From NCBI GenBank assembly GCA_963833225.1, contig CAWHXD010000007.1, forward strand, positions 480,001 to 544,000: DNA of 64,000 nucleotides. The letters are read 5' to 3'. The stretch comes from an uncultured Chloroflexia bacterium (lineage in GTDB: Bacteria > Chloroflexota > Limnocylindria > Limnocylindrales > CSP1-4). A program made the position numbers and the translations under genes. Shown one piece after another: positions 30,999 to 40,935 of the stretch; positions within the stretch are counted from its first letter, which is position 1, and every line of letters starts with the position of its first letter. The notes under the pieces are model-generated. The model saw nothing but the letters and a program-made list of their open reading frames with translations. It searched no databases and was not told the origin of the DNA.

Positions 30999-31127
30999 AG
31001 CCAGAGACTACGACGCCACGGCCGCCCGCGGAAGGTGTTCCGGGCGCCGCATCCCCAGATCAGGGCTGCCCGTTCGGGCAAAGCGCGTCCCTGCGCGTTG
31101 ACGCGGCAAGAGCCGCTGCGAGATGCT

Positions 31128-32552
31128 GTGGCGACCTTGGAGCACGAGCGCGCGTCCCACACGCGCCGGGCACCCGGCCCTCAAACCGCATCGGGCGGTC
31201 GGCCGGGACGGTCCAACGCGCCCGGGACGCGCGTTGATGGACCGCTCACGGAGGTCGCGCTTCTCCAGGTGCAGCGGGTGGCCGGCAACGCGGCCGCCAG
31301 GGCGCTCGTCCAGCGCCAGCCGGAGGGCCCAGGCGACGTCCCCGCGACCGAGGCCGGCACGCCGGCGGCGGGGACCTCCGAGACGACCCAGACGGAGCGG
31401 AGGACGCTGCGCTTCGGATCCACGGGCGAGGACGTCAAGCTGCTCCAGATGAAGCTGCACCAGGTTCGAGAGCGGGAGCACGATCGGGACGCCAACCGGC
31501 GCTCCCGGAGGGACGGCATCTTTGGGCCATTGACGCGCCAGGACGTGATCGACTTCCAGGGGGACACGGGGCTGGATGCCGACGGGGTGGTGGGACCGAG
31601 GACTTGGAATGCCATCGACTCGCTGGTGCCCGGCACGCCCACCGAGACCGGGGAGGCCGCGGCCGACGAGCAGTTCGATGCTGCTCGGGCGCTCAGGGAT
31701 GCCGCTCGCTACGACGAGGCAATCGCGATCTTCGAGGCGCTCGCGACCGGCTCGGCCACCCCCGAAATGGCCACGACGGCGCTGGCCAATGCGGGTGTCT
31801 GCCACATGCAGCGCGGCCGGTTCGGGATCGCCGTCGCTCGCTTCGAGCAGGCGCTGGCCGGTCGCTTCAACCAGGAGGCCCTCCGGGCTGGGATCCTGGA
31901 GGACCTGGAGAAGGCGCGCCGGAACGAGTTCCGCGACGATCCTCCGGCTGACCCTGAGCCGCTCCCCGCGGGTGCCGACCCCACAGCGGCCGGTCGCGAG
32001 GGTGGCGGGGTCACGGAGCGCCAACCGGTCAAGAGCGGCGACTCCGGGCCGGCCGTGGACCTGTTGAAGGGCAAGCTCCTCCACCTGATGGTTGGCTGGC
32101 CGCCCCCGCTGCCCGCTGGCGACACGTTCGACTCCCCGACCGCGGAGAGGGCCCGTGAGTTCCAGGAAGCATGCGGCCTCACGCCGTCGGGCGAGGCCGA
32201 TGCCTCCACCTGGCACGCATTGGACAGCTTCACCAAGGCTGACGTGCCCCTCTCTGTCCTGGCGCCGATGCAGGCCCGGTTCGGGGAGGCCGTCGTGCTT
32301 CAGAGGGCCGACCCGGCAGGCGCGCTGCCGATCTTCGAGGGCCTCAGGGACCAGGCCCGGACGCTCGGCCTTCACGAGATCGTGAAGTACTTCGAGGGAT
32401 ATATCGGGCGCCAACACCGTCGACTGTCGAACTTCCCCGAGGCGCTCAATCATTTCAACCTGAATCTGGCCCGGAACATCCCGAACCCGGCCCATTTCAA
32501 TGCCGTCCTGGAGGAGCTGCGCAAGGCCCGCGCGGGCATCGGGGAGGAGTGA
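31128..32552 (+). CDS. LQxxAGNxA-leader protein with two peptidoglycan-binding (PG_binding_1) domains and TPR-like helices
   Basis: LLQVQRVAGNAAARALVQR; TLRFGSTGEDVKLLQ...DGIFGPLT...FQGDTGLDADGVVGPRTW; second degenerate copy (GDSGPAV...FQEACGLTPSGEADASTW); start inferred. Confidence 0.78.
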   Translation: MATLEHERASHTRRAPGPQTASGGRPGRSNAPGTRVDGPLTEVALLQVQRVAGNAAARALVQRQPEGPGDVPATEAGTPAAGTSETTQTERRTLRFGSTGEDVKLLQMKLHQVREREHDRDANRRSRRDGIFGPLTRQDVIDFQGDTGLDADGVVGPRTWNAIDSLVPGTPTETGEAAADEQFDAARALRDAARYDEAIAIFEALATGSATPEMATTALANAGVCHMQRGRFGIAVARFEQALAGRFNQEALRAGILEDLEKARRNEFRDDPPADPEPLPAGADPTAAGREGGGVTERQPVKSGDSGPAVDLLKGKLLHLMVGWPPPLPAGDTFDSPTAERAREFQEACGLTPSGEADASTWHALDSFTKADVPLSVLAPMQARFGEAVVLQRADPAGALPIFEGLRDQARTLGLHEIVKYFEGYIGRQHRRLSNFPEALNHFNLNLARNIPNPAHFNAVLEELRKARAGIGEE

Positions 32553-32600
32553 CGATGGCTCGGGCTGCCAGCCCCCGCGGACGGTAGCCCCGGCCTGCCC

Positions 32601-33620
32601 CTACCGCAGCCCCATCTTCTCCTTGACCTCGGCCATCGTGGCCTCCGCCATGGGCTTGAGGCGGTCCGCGCCGGCTTCGAGGATGCCGTCGATCTCGCGC
32701 GGGTTGGCCATCAGCTCCGCGTAGCGCTCCCGGGCGGGGGCGTAGCGGTCGATGATCCGCTGGGCGAGCAGCTTCTTGGTGTCCACGCAGCCGGTGCGTG
32801 CCGTGCGCTCGCCGTCCTGGATGTCCTCCCAGTCGTCGCCGAAGAAGCGGTGCAGCCCGCAGACGTTGCAGACCTCCGGGCGACCGGGATCCGTGCGCAG
32901 GATCCGCTGCGTGTCGGTGACCATGCTCATCACCTGGCGCCGGATCTCGTCCGGCGAGGCCAGGATCTCGATCGTGTTGCCGACCGACTTGCTCATCTTC
33001 TTGACGCCGTCCGTACCCAGGACGACGGGCGCGGAGGTGTAGACCGCCTGCGGCTCCGGGAACGTGTCGCCGTAGCGGTGGTTGAACGCACGGACGATCT
33101 CGCGTGACAGCTCGAGATGCGCCGCCTGGTCCTTGCCGACCGGCACCATCGACGCCTTGTAGATCACGATGTCGGCCGCCTGCAGCACCGGGTACGTGAG
33201 CAGGCCGTGGTTCACGTCGTCGGGCTGGTTCGCGATCTTGTCCTTGTACGTTGGCGTCCGCTCCAGCCAGCTGACCGGCGTGACCGTGGACAGCAGCCAC
33301 ATCAGCTCGGTGTGCTCGGGGCGGTGGCTCTGGACGAACAGCGTGCAGCGCTCCGGGTCAAGACCGAGCGCCAGCAGGCTGGCCGCCATCTCGCGCGTGC
33401 GCACCCGCATGGCGTTCGCATCGTGGGTGCTGGTCAGCGCGTGGTAGTCGACGATGCAGTAGATCGCCTCGTACTCGTACTGGAGCATCACGTAGTTCCG
33501 GATCGCGCCGAGGTCGTTGCCCAGGTGGACGATCCCGGACGGCTGGATGCCCGAGAAGATGCGCGGACGGGGTGCCGGGGCCTCCGCTGGGGCGGGGGAC
33601 GGCATGAGCTCGATGGTCAT
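32601..33620 (-). CDS. trpS: Tryptophan--tRNA ligase
   Basis: FSGIQPSG, HLGN, YPVLQAADI, VPVGKDQ, KMSKS. Confidence 0.97.
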   Translation of the reverse strand: MTIELMPSPAPAEAPAPRPRIFSGIQPSGIVHLGNDLGAIRNYVMLQYEYEAIYCIVDYHALTSTHDANAMRVRTREMAASLLALGLDPERCTLFVQSHRPEHTELMWLLSTVTPVSWLERTPTYKDKIANQPDDVNHGLLTYPVLQAADIVIYKASMVPVGKDQAAHLELSREIVRAFNHRYGDTFPEPQAVYTSAPVVLGTDGVKKMSKSVGNTIEILASPDEIRRQVMSMVTDTQRILRTDPGRPEVCNVCGLHRFFGDDWEDIQDGERTARTGCVDTKKLLAQRIIDRYAPARERYAELMANPREIDGILEAGADRLKPMAEATMAEVKEKMGLR

Positions 33621-33754
33621 TGGGGCGGAGTGTATCGGAGCGGAGGCCTGGGTCAGGGGGGTCGATGCCCGGCACGCCAGGTCGGTCCCTCGCGCCCACG
33701 CGCCTGCGTTCGCTACCATCGCGCCCACACCCTTCCGCTGCGAGAGCCCATACC

Positions 33755-34876
33755 GTGAGCGTTCAGCCCCTGCGCGTCGGCGTGATCGGCGCCGGCACCG
33801 TCGGCCGCGAGGTCGTCCGCGCCTTCCTCGAGCGGTCGCCCCGCCTGGTTCCACCCGACGGTGCGCCACTCGTGCTGACCGCTGTCGCCGAGAAGCTCAC
33901 CGACCGGGCGATCGCGGGCGGGATCCCGGCGGAGCTGCTGACAGACGCGCCCGCCCACCTGGTGGCGAGCGGCGACGTCGACGTGGTCGTGGAGACGATG
34001 GGCGGCGACGAGCCGGCTCACACGCTGGTGGCCGCCGCGCTCGCCGCGGGCAAGCACGTGGTCACCGCCAACAAGCACATCGTGGCCCACCACGGCCCGG
34101 AGCTGGAGCGGCTCGCGCGCGACAGCGGGGCCACGTTCCGGTTCGAGGCGGCGGTCGGCGGCGGGATCCCGGTGCTCGGTCCGATCGCCCAGGACCTGAC
34201 TGCCAACCGGATCTCACGTGTGCGCGGCATCGTCAACGGCACCACCAACTACATGCTCACCGCCATGGCCCACGAGGGTCGGGACTACGCGGAGGTGCTC
34301 GCGGAGGCCCAGTCGAAGGGGTACGCGGAGTTCGACCCGACGGCCGATGTCGAGGGCCTGGACGCGCTCAACAAGCTGGTCATCCTGGTACGGCTGGCGT
34401 TCGGTGCCTGGGTTGCCGTCGACGCCATCGACAACCGGCCCGGCACCACGAGCGGGTCCCGGGGCATGCCCGGCATCACGGGCGTGACCGCGGACGACGT
34501 GGCGACGATGACCCGCGAGGGCCGCGTGCTGCGACTCATCGCCACGTCGCGCCTCGCCGACGATGGCGCCATCGAGGCATCGGTCGTCCCGACAGCCGTC
34601 CCGGCTGGATCCGCGTTCGGGCGCTGCGACGGGGTGCTCAACCGGATCGAGGTGGATGCCACGCCGGTGGGCCGCGTCGCGTTCGAGGGACCCGGGGCCG
34701 GCGGCCCGGCCGCGGGCGCGGCCGTGCTCAGTGACCTCGTCTCGATCGCCCGGGGCCTCGGGTCCACCTGGGCCGGCTCGGCCGTGGCGACCGAGCTGTC
34801 CGCGATCGAGGTCCGGCCGGTCGCTGCCGAGTGCGTCGCCGGTCCGTCGGGCGCCTGCTACCCGGTCGGGGACTGA
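33755..34876 (+). CDS. hom: Homoserine dehydrogenase (no obvious C-terminal ACT domain)
   Basis: [47 protein letters not shown]. Confidence 0.95.
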   Translation: MSVQPLRVGVIGAGTVGREVVRAFLERSPRLVPPDGAPLVLTAVAEKLTDRAIAGGIPAELLTDAPAHLVASGDVDVVVETMGGDEPAHTLVAAALAAGKHVVTANKHIVAHHGPELERLARDSGATFRFEAAVGGGIPVLGPIAQDLTANRISRVRGIVNGTTNYMLTAMAHEGRDYAEVLAEAQSKGYAEFDPTADVEGLDALNKLVILVRLAFGAWVAVDAIDNRPGTTSGSRGMPGITGVTADDVATMTREGRVLRLIATSRLADDGAIEASVVPTAVPAGSAFGRCDGVLNRIEVDATPVGRVAFEGPGAGGPAAGAAVLSDLVSIARGLGSTWAGSAVATELSAIEVRPVAAECVAGPSGACYPVGD

Positions 34877-34881
34877 CCCGC

Positions 34882-35961
34882 ATGTCTGCCCCGCTGCCGC
34901 CCCGGCCCAGCCTCGTCGGGCGCTACCGCGAGTTCCTGCCGCTGACCGACGCCACGCCCGTGGTGTCCCTGGGCGAGGGGGCCACGCCGCTGATCCCCGC
35001 CCGGCGCCTGGGGGCGAGCATCGGCGTCCCCAACCTCCACCTCAAGTTCGAGGGGATGAACCCGACCGGGTCGTTCAAGGACCGGGGCATGGTGATGGCC
35101 GTGGCGAAGGCCCTCGAGGCCGGGGCACGGAGCGTGATCTGTGCGTCGACCGGCAACACCTCGGCTTCGGCTGCCGCCTACGCCGCCGCCGCGGGTCTCG
35201 AGTGCGTCGTGGTGCTGCCGGCCGGCAAGATCGCGCTGGGCAAGCTGCTCCAGGCCCTGGTGTTCGGAGCCCGGGTCGTGAGCGTCGACGGCAACTTCGA
35301 CGACGCGCTGCGGGTGGTCCGCGCGCTGTCGGAGCAGGACGAGCACCCGATCACGCTCGTCAACTCGCTCAACCCCTACCGGCTCGAGGGGCAGAAGACG
35401 GCGGCCTTCGAGGTCTGCGACGACCTGGGGCGAGCGCCCGACATCCTCGCGATCCCGGTCGGCAACGCGGGCAACATCAGCGCCTACTGGCGCGGCTTCC
35501 GCGAGTATCGCGACGCGGGCCGGATCGGGGCCACGCCGCGGATGTGGGGGTTCCAGGCCGCCGGCGCCGCGCCGCTGGTGGTCGGACACCCGATCGACAC
35601 GCCGGAGACGATTGCCACCGCCATCCGGATCGGCAACCCGGCGTCGTGGGACCTCGCGATCGGCGCCCGCGACGAGTCGGGCGGGCGGATCGATGCGGTG
35701 ACCGATGACCAGATCCTGCACGCCTACCGCGAGCTGACGCGACTCGAGGGGGTGTTCTGCGAACCGTCGTCGGCTGCGTCGGTGGCCGGGGTGACGATGG
35801 CCGCCGCGGCCGGCGAGGTCGACCCCGACGCGCTCGTCGTGTGCGTCCTGACCGGGAACGGCCTCAAGGACCCGCACACCGCGGAGAGCGGGCTCAGCGT
35901 CGAGATGCTCGAGGCCGAGCCGACCGTCGCCTCGGTCTCCCGGGCGCTCGGCTGGTGGTGA
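34882..35961 (+). CDS. thrC: Threonine synthase
   Basis: [31 protein letters not shown]. Confidence 0.96.
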   Translation: MSAPLPPRPSLVGRYREFLPLTDATPVVSLGEGATPLIPARRLGASIGVPNLHLKFEGMNPTGSFKDRGMVMAVAKALEAGARSVICASTGNTSASAAAYAAAAGLECVVVLPAGKIALGKLLQALVFGARVVSVDGNFDDALRVVRALSEQDEHPITLVNSLNPYRLEGQKTAAFEVCDDLGRAPDILAIPVGNAGNISAYWRGFREYRDAGRIGATPRMWGFQAAGAAPLVVGHPIDTPETIATAIRIGNPASWDLAIGARDESGGRIDAVTDDQILHAYRELTRLEGVFCEPSSAASVAGVTMAAAAGEVDPDALVVCVLTGNGLKDPHTAESGLSVEMLEAEPTVASVSRALGWW

Positions 35962-36974
35962 TGCCCCCGGGCAAGGTCCCGATCGCCAACCCGCCGGTTC
36001 CGCCCCCCGCGCCGCTTGACGAGGCGGCCTGGGCATCGCTGGTCGGCCGGCGCCTGGTCATCGATGTGCCCGCCTCCACGGCCAATCTCGGGGCGGGCTA
36101 TGACTGCCTGGGCCTCGCGCTCGACGTGTGCAACACGGTGTCCGTGGTGGCGGTTGAGGGTGACGGCGGGCTGGAGCTCGAGGTGAGTGGCGAGGGCGTC
36201 GGCGAGCTGCCGGCGGTCCGGGACAACCGGTTCGTCGCGGGGCTGGAGAGCGCGCTCGAGGCGTCGATCGGGCCGCGACCCGCCGCCATCGGCTGGCGGA
36301 TCGCGATGCACAACCGGATCCCGCTCGCCCGCGGCATGGGCTCGTCCGCGGCGGCGTCGGTGGGCGGGGTGGTCGCGGGTCACGTGCTGGGCGGCCGGCG
36401 TCTTACCGAGGGCGAGCAGCTGCGGTTGGCGACGGCGCTCGAGGGCCACCCCGACAACGCCTCGGCGGCGCTCCTTGGCGGGTTCGTCGTGTCGGCACAC
36501 CTGGGCGAGCGGGTGGAGGCGGTGCGCTTTGATGCCCCCGATGGGTTGCTCGCCGTGCTGTTCATCCCGGAGCGGCGGCTGTCCACGGCGGACATGCGCC
36601 GCGTCCTGCCGGCGGAGGTTCCGCTGCGGGACGCCGTCTCCAACATGAGCCGGATCGCGATCGGTGTCGCCGGCATCGCCAGCGGCCGGTACGAGCTGCT
36701 GGCGGACCTCACGGTGGACCGGATCCACGAACCCTACCGATCGGTCGCCTACCCGCAGCTGCCCAGGCTCACGGGCGCCGCCCGGGCGGCAGGGGCGCTC
36801 GGAGCGTTCCTCTCGGGGGCCGGATCCACGGTGCTGGCGTTCGTCGCGCCGGGTGCCGATGCCGGACCCGTGGAGCGGGCGCTCGCCGAGGCCGCCGCCG
36901 CCGTGGACCTCGAGGGGCGCACGGCCATCGTGTCGCCGCGGAACGCCGGTCCCACGGTGGTCGAAGGCGCCTGA
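35961..36974 (+). CDS. thrB: Homoserine kinase
   Basis: PASTANLGAGYD, PLARGMGSSAA, EGHPDN, SGAG. Confidence 0.95.
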   Translation: MPPGKVPIANPPVPPPAPLDEAAWASLVGRRLVIDVPASTANLGAGYDCLGLALDVCNTVSVVAVEGDGGLELEVSGEGVGELPAVRDNRFVAGLESALEASIGPRPAAIGWRIAMHNRIPLARGMGSSAAASVGGVVAGHVLGGRRLTEGEQLRLATALEGHPDNASAALLGGFVVSAHLGERVEAVRFDAPDGLLAVLFIPERRLSTADMRRVLPAEVPLRDAVSNMSRIAIGVAGIASGRYELLADLTVDRIHEPYRSVAYPQLPRLTGAARAAGALGAFLSGAGSTVLAFVAPGADAGPVERALAEAAAAVDLEGRTAIVSPRNAGPTVVEGA

Positions 36975-37021
36975 AGCCCGGCTCGCGACCGCCTCCGCTC
37001 GCCCAGAGTCGGCAGCCGGAC

Positions 37022-37696
37022 CTAGGGCAGCCGGACCTCCGGGGCCGCCGTGCCCTCAGGCACGAACGTGTCCGGCTGGGGCTCGCCACGGACCATGGAC
37101 AACGGGACGGTGCCGCCCCACGCCGGCCACGTCTCGTCGCCGGCGTCCTCGTGAAGGCCCTCCGCGCGGACCTTGGCCGAAGCCTCGGACAGGTCGATCC
37201 ACATCACGGATGTCGCCTTGCGGTCCGACGCGGTCATGGGCCGGAGCTGGGCCCAGCGGCCGGGGAACAGGTGCTCCACGAACGCCGCGAGCGCGGCCTC
37301 GGCCTCGGCGTCGTCAGTCACCAGGTGGGCCGTGCCGAGGGCCATGACCGACCGGTAGTCGAGCGAGTGGTTCATCCCGGTCCGCGACAGGACCAGCGAG
37401 TCCAGGTGGGTCACGGTGACGCACACGCGCTGGCCGTCGTTCGCCCGGAGCATCCGGCTGGCGGCAGATCCGTGCCAGTACAGCCGATCACCCTGGCGCC
37501 AGACGGCCGTTGGCGTCGCATACGGCTGACCGTCCTGCACCCAGGCCACGGTGCCGGCGATCGCGCTGTCGAGGACGGCATCAACCGTCGCGCGGTCGTA
37601 GTGACCGCGCTTCGGCTTGCGCCGCACGCGGACACGATCGGACGGCGGACCGGGAGACGATCCCGGTGTCGGGCCCGCGGGACGCTCCGGGCTCAC
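37022..37696 (-). CDS. Pyridoxamine 5'-phosphate oxidase-fold flavin-binding protein (NimA-like)
   Basis: RGHYDR, QPYATPT, LYWHGS, HSLDYRSV, ASAKVR. Confidence 0.88.
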   Translation of the reverse strand: MSPERPAGPTPGSSPGPPSDRVRVRRKPKRGHYDRATVDAVLDSAIAGTVAWVQDGQPYATPTAVWRQGDRLYWHGSAASRMLRANDGQRVCVTVTHLDSLVLSRTGMNHSLDYRSVMALGTAHLVTDDAEAEAALAAFVEHLFPGRWAQLRPMTASDRKATSVMWIDLSEASAKVRAEGLHEDAGDETWPAWGGTVPLSMVRGEPQPDTFVPEGTAAPEVRLP

Positions 37697-37920
37697 TTGC
37701 GGTACAGGATCCAGAGCGTGACGCCCGTGGGCGGTGGCGCGTAGCCGTAGGCCGGGTTGGGAGCGCCTGCTCCTGTCGACACGGCCCCGATGTTCGTGAT
37801 GCGCCAGCCCTCGGGCGCGCGCCTGGCCGCGTCGGCGGCCACCCAGTCCCACAACGGATCACCCAGGGTCGTGTCGGCGGTGACGAGGAGCTGGTCGTCG
37901 CCGATGAGCCGTTCCTTCAT
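37693..37920 (-). CDS. Small hypothetical protein (75 aa)
   Basis: SD gagga before ATG; stop overlaps downstream GTG start. Confidence 0.6.
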   Translation of the reverse strand: MKERLIGDDQLLVTADTTLGDPLWDWVAADAARRAPEGWRITNIGAVSTGAGAPNPAYGYAPPPTGVTLWILYRK

Positions 37921-38020
37921 CGAGTCCTCGTTGCACTGCTACGTGGAAGTGGACGGTGACAGGGTACGCGGCTCGGGCGGCGCCGGCAGCGTGTTGACGC
38001 GCCGTCGCAGACTGCGAGCC

Positions 38021-38206
38021 ATGGACGGGCTCACGCGAGCGATCGGCGACGGGATCACGAGCCTGGTGGGTGGGTCCCTCGGCTTCATCTGGTCCGCGTT
38101 CAGTGGGATCGTGGCCGCCCTGAGCGCGGCGCTGCCCGCCGGCGCGCTGCCGGTCATCGTGGTGGCCGTGGTGCTGGTCGTCTTCTGGCGGGTGCTCCGG
38201 CACTGA
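38021..38206 (+). CDS. Small membrane protein (61 aa)
   Basis: Hydrophobic segments ending FWRVLRH; CAGACT -10 seven nt before ATG. Confidence 0.6.
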   Translation: MDGLTRAIGDGITSLVGGSLGFIWSAFSGIVAALSAALPAGALPVIVVAVVLVVFWRVLRH

Positions 38207-38271
38207 CCGGCGCCCGTCGGCCGCAGGGATGTGGAACGAGGTCCCGGCGTGGACCGCGGCCTCCACTCGGG

Positions 38272-38724
38272 TCAGGCCAGCCAGCGACCGTCACGCATCA
38301 CGTCACGTCCACGCTGCTCGCCATACCCCCGGTATGCCTGGATCCGGACCGGCCGCAGGCGGAAGTAGCGCCAGTCATCCCCCTCCTCGGCCGGATCCCA
38401 ACCGACGGCGTGCCGGAACGCGGCAGCGATCTCACCCGCGTCCGTCATGGCGGGCGTCGTGCCCCTGACCACGACATCGAGCATGACCACGTCGGCCGGC
38501 GACCCGACCGCGACCCTCGCCCGGCCCGTCTCGTCGAGGTTGCGGGCCGTTGGGCTGCCGTCCCGGGTGGCGACGACCAGCTCGGTGCCGTTCCAGGCAC
38601 CTGAGACGGCGATGAGGTGGGCGCCGCCCGCGCGGCCGGCCGTGGCAAGCCAGGCGTCACCTTGCTGGTCGAGAAGGGCGGTCGCATCCGCGCGGCGCTG
38701 GACGGTCGATCGTTGCTCGCTCAT
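38272..38724 (-). CDS. Pyridoxamine 5'-phosphate oxidase-family split-barrel protein
   Basis: DAWLAT, HLIAVS, SPTARNL, GWDP, LRPVRIQAYR. Confidence 0.82.
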   Translation of the reverse strand: MSEQRSTVQRRADATALLDQQGDAWLATAGRAGGAHLIAVSGAWNGTELVVATRDGSPTARNLDETGRARVAVGSPADVVMLDVVVRGTTPAMTDAGEIAAAFRHAVGWDPAEEGDDWRYFRLRPVRIQAYRGYGEQRGRDVMRDGRWLA

Positions 38725-38809
38725 GGGGCGAGCGTAGCTGACTCATTGGTCCTACGGAAGTGCCATTGCGGCGCCAACACATTGATCCAATCGCGGTACC
38801 ATCGCGTGA
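38725..38809. promoter_or_regulatory. Divergent leaderless promoters with candidate MocR operator repeats
   Basis: TACCAT seven nt before regulator GTG; TACGCT six nt before the minus-strand ATG; CATTG repeats at 38744, 38764, 38780 and an inverted CCAAT. Confidence 0.5.
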
Positions 38810-40321
38810 GTGGACGTGCACGTGACGCTCGGTGCGCGCGGGGACCGTTCGGCGCGCATCTACCGCCAGCTCCGGGCTGGGATCCTCGATGGTCGCCTCC
38901 GGGCGGGCGAGCGGCTGCCGCCCACCCGTGATCTCGCGTCGCAGCTGGCCGTATCGCGCAATACCGTTGCCACCGCCTACGAGCTGCTCACGGCGGAGGG
39001 CTTCGTCATCGCCAGGGTTGGGGCCGGAACGTACGTGGCCGCGGATCGCCCGGAGCCGCCCGTCGGGGTTGGGGATGCGACGACGCTCGCCGGGGGGCCC
39101 ACCACCCGGTCTGCCATGCCGCGACCGAGGGCCGGCTGGGAGGCGCTGATCGCCACGTCCCGGCCCGCCGCCACGCCTGTCGGCCCGCCGCCACGCTTCG
39201 ACTTCCGCGTCGGGGCGCCGGACGCGAGGCTGTTCCCGCTCGCGGCATGGCGGCGGATGGTCGGCCGGGCGCTCGAGCCGGCCCTGATCGGCACCGGCGC
39301 GTATGGCGACCCGGCGGGAGATCCGGCACTGCGCGCCGCGCTGGCTCGGCACGTCGGGGTGTCACGAGCGGTTCGCGCTCGCCCCGAGGACATCGTGGTC
39401 ACCAGCGGGGCACAGCAGGCGCTCGACCTCGCCGGGCGGGTGTTGATCGAGCCCGGTGGGTGCGTCGCCGTGGAGGAACCGGGTTACCCGCCGGCTCGCC
39501 GGCTGTTCACCGCGCTCGGCGCGCAGGTCGAGCTCGTCCCCGTCGACGCCGATGGTCTGCGCGTCGACGCCCTGCCCGACGCCGCCCGCCTCGTCTACGT
39601 CACGCCATCGCACCAGTTCCCGCTCGGGGTGACGATGTCCATGGCACGGCGAACGGCGCTGCTCGCCTGGGCAGAGCGCCACGACGCGGTCGTGATCGAG
39701 GACGACTACGACAGCGAGTTCCGGTTTGGCGCGCGTCCGCTCGAACCACTCCAGGCCCTCGATCGGGGCGGGCGCGTGCTGTATGTCGGGTCGTTCTCCA
39801 AGACCCTGCTGCCCGCGCTCCGGCTCGGGTTCCTCGTGGCGCCCCCCTCGCTCGGCGACGCGCTCCGGGCGGCGAAGGGTCTCGCCGACTGGCACGGGGA
39901 CCTGCCGACCCAGGTGGCGATGGCCGGCTTCATCGACGAGGGGCTGCTGGCCCGTCATCTGCGACGGGCCCGTCGCGCCTACCAGGACCGACACGAACGG
40001 CTGGTCGCGGCGATGGACCGCGAGCTCGGCGCCTGGCTCGAGGTGATCCCATCCCACGCGGGGCTGCACGTCTGCGCGCGGCTGCGTGCCGCGGGCGTCG
40101 TCGACGTCGACGGTGTCGTCGATCGCGCGCGGGCGCATGGCGTGGCCGTGGAGCGGCTCGACGCCTACTGCGCCGGCGAGCCCCAACCCGGCCTCGTTGT
40201 CGGCTACGGCTCGATCCCGATCGGGGCGATCGACGAGGGGATCACGCGTCTTGGGGAGGCGTTCCGGGCAGGAGGAGTGGAACCTCAGGGGGTGCCAAGG
40301 CCGCCCACCACAGGCGAGTGA
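38810..40321 (+). CDS. MocR/PdxR-family GntR regulator with aminotransferase domain
   Basis: LPPTRDLASQLAVSRNTV wHTH; VTPSHQFPLG, IEDDYDSEF, GSFSKTL. Confidence 0.95.
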   Translation: MDVHVTLGARGDRSARIYRQLRAGILDGRLRAGERLPPTRDLASQLAVSRNTVATAYELLTAEGFVIARVGAGTYVAADRPEPPVGVGDATTLAGGPTTRSAMPRPRAGWEALIATSRPAATPVGPPPRFDFRVGAPDARLFPLAAWRRMVGRALEPALIGTGAYGDPAGDPALRAALARHVGVSRAVRARPEDIVVTSGAQQALDLAGRVLIEPGGCVAVEEPGYPPARRLFTALGAQVELVPVDADGLRVDALPDAARLVYVTPSHQFPLGVTMSMARRTALLAWAERHDAVVIEDDYDSEFRFGARPLEPLQALDRGGRVLYVGSFSKTLLPALRLGFLVAPPSLGDALRAAKGLADWHGDLPTQVAMAGFIDEGLLARHLRRARRAYQDRHERLVAAMDRELGAWLEVIPSHAGLHVCARLRAAGVVDVDGVVDRARAHGVAVERLDAYCAGEPQPGLVVGYGSIPIGAIDEGITRLGEAFRAGGVEPQGVPRPPTTGE

Positions 40322-40672
40322 CGCATGGAGCCGGCCGCCTGTCGGCCGGCAAGCCGCCGGTCGGCGCCGTTCGGGCCCGGGCGGGAGCTGGACGGACGGC
40401 TGGGTCTGGCGACGATGTCGACCTGCCCGTACCCCATCAACACCCGGATGGGGCTTCGCCTGGATCGGCTTGATCGCGATCTGGATCAGATCCAGCGTGG
40501 GCACACGGGAACCGCGCGACCAAACCCGGTTGTCGGGTCCCGGGCCCCGAGGGGAGTGGCCGATCTCGATGCAGATGGCGTTCAAGGAGCCGCGGACAGC
40601 ACTTGGGGAGCCGCCGCTGGCGCCCGCAACCCGGGCCCGGTGCCCGCGCTCAGGACTCGGCGAGACGGGACG

Positions 40673-40933
40673 CTAGCGCTCCGCTCCCGGGGGCCCGTCC
40701 CCATCGCCGGCCGCGTCGTCGGCACGCCGGGGGCCGCCCTGCGGGGGCGGGGTCCAGGCGTGGCTTGCGTACCGCAGCTGGCGCTGGAGCAGCTCGTCGT
40801 CGAGGCGACGTGCCTCCTCGAGCAGCAGCTCCCGGTCCCGGGCCTGCTCGTCGGCGACCGGCCCGGCTCCCGGGTCGGTGTCCGGCCCCTCCGGCTGCGC
40901 CCCGCCACCCAGGATCCGTCGCAGGAAGCCCAT
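40673..40933 (-). CDS. Small hypothetical protein
   Basis: MGFLRRILGGG...LLQRQLRYA...; starts 2 nt after upstream stop. Confidence 0.65.
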   Translation of the reverse strand: MGFLRRILGGGAQPEGPDTDPGAGPVADEQARDRELLLEEARRLDDELLQRQLRYASHAWTPPPQGGPRRADDAAGDGDGPPGAER

Positions 40934-40935
40934 CG

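Noticed and set aside
29793-31127. N-terminal half of the 919-aa ORF and other long antisense ORFs (e.g. 41322-43898, 16521-18533)
   Set aside because: Shadow frames of real genes on the opposite strand, expected in high-GC DNA
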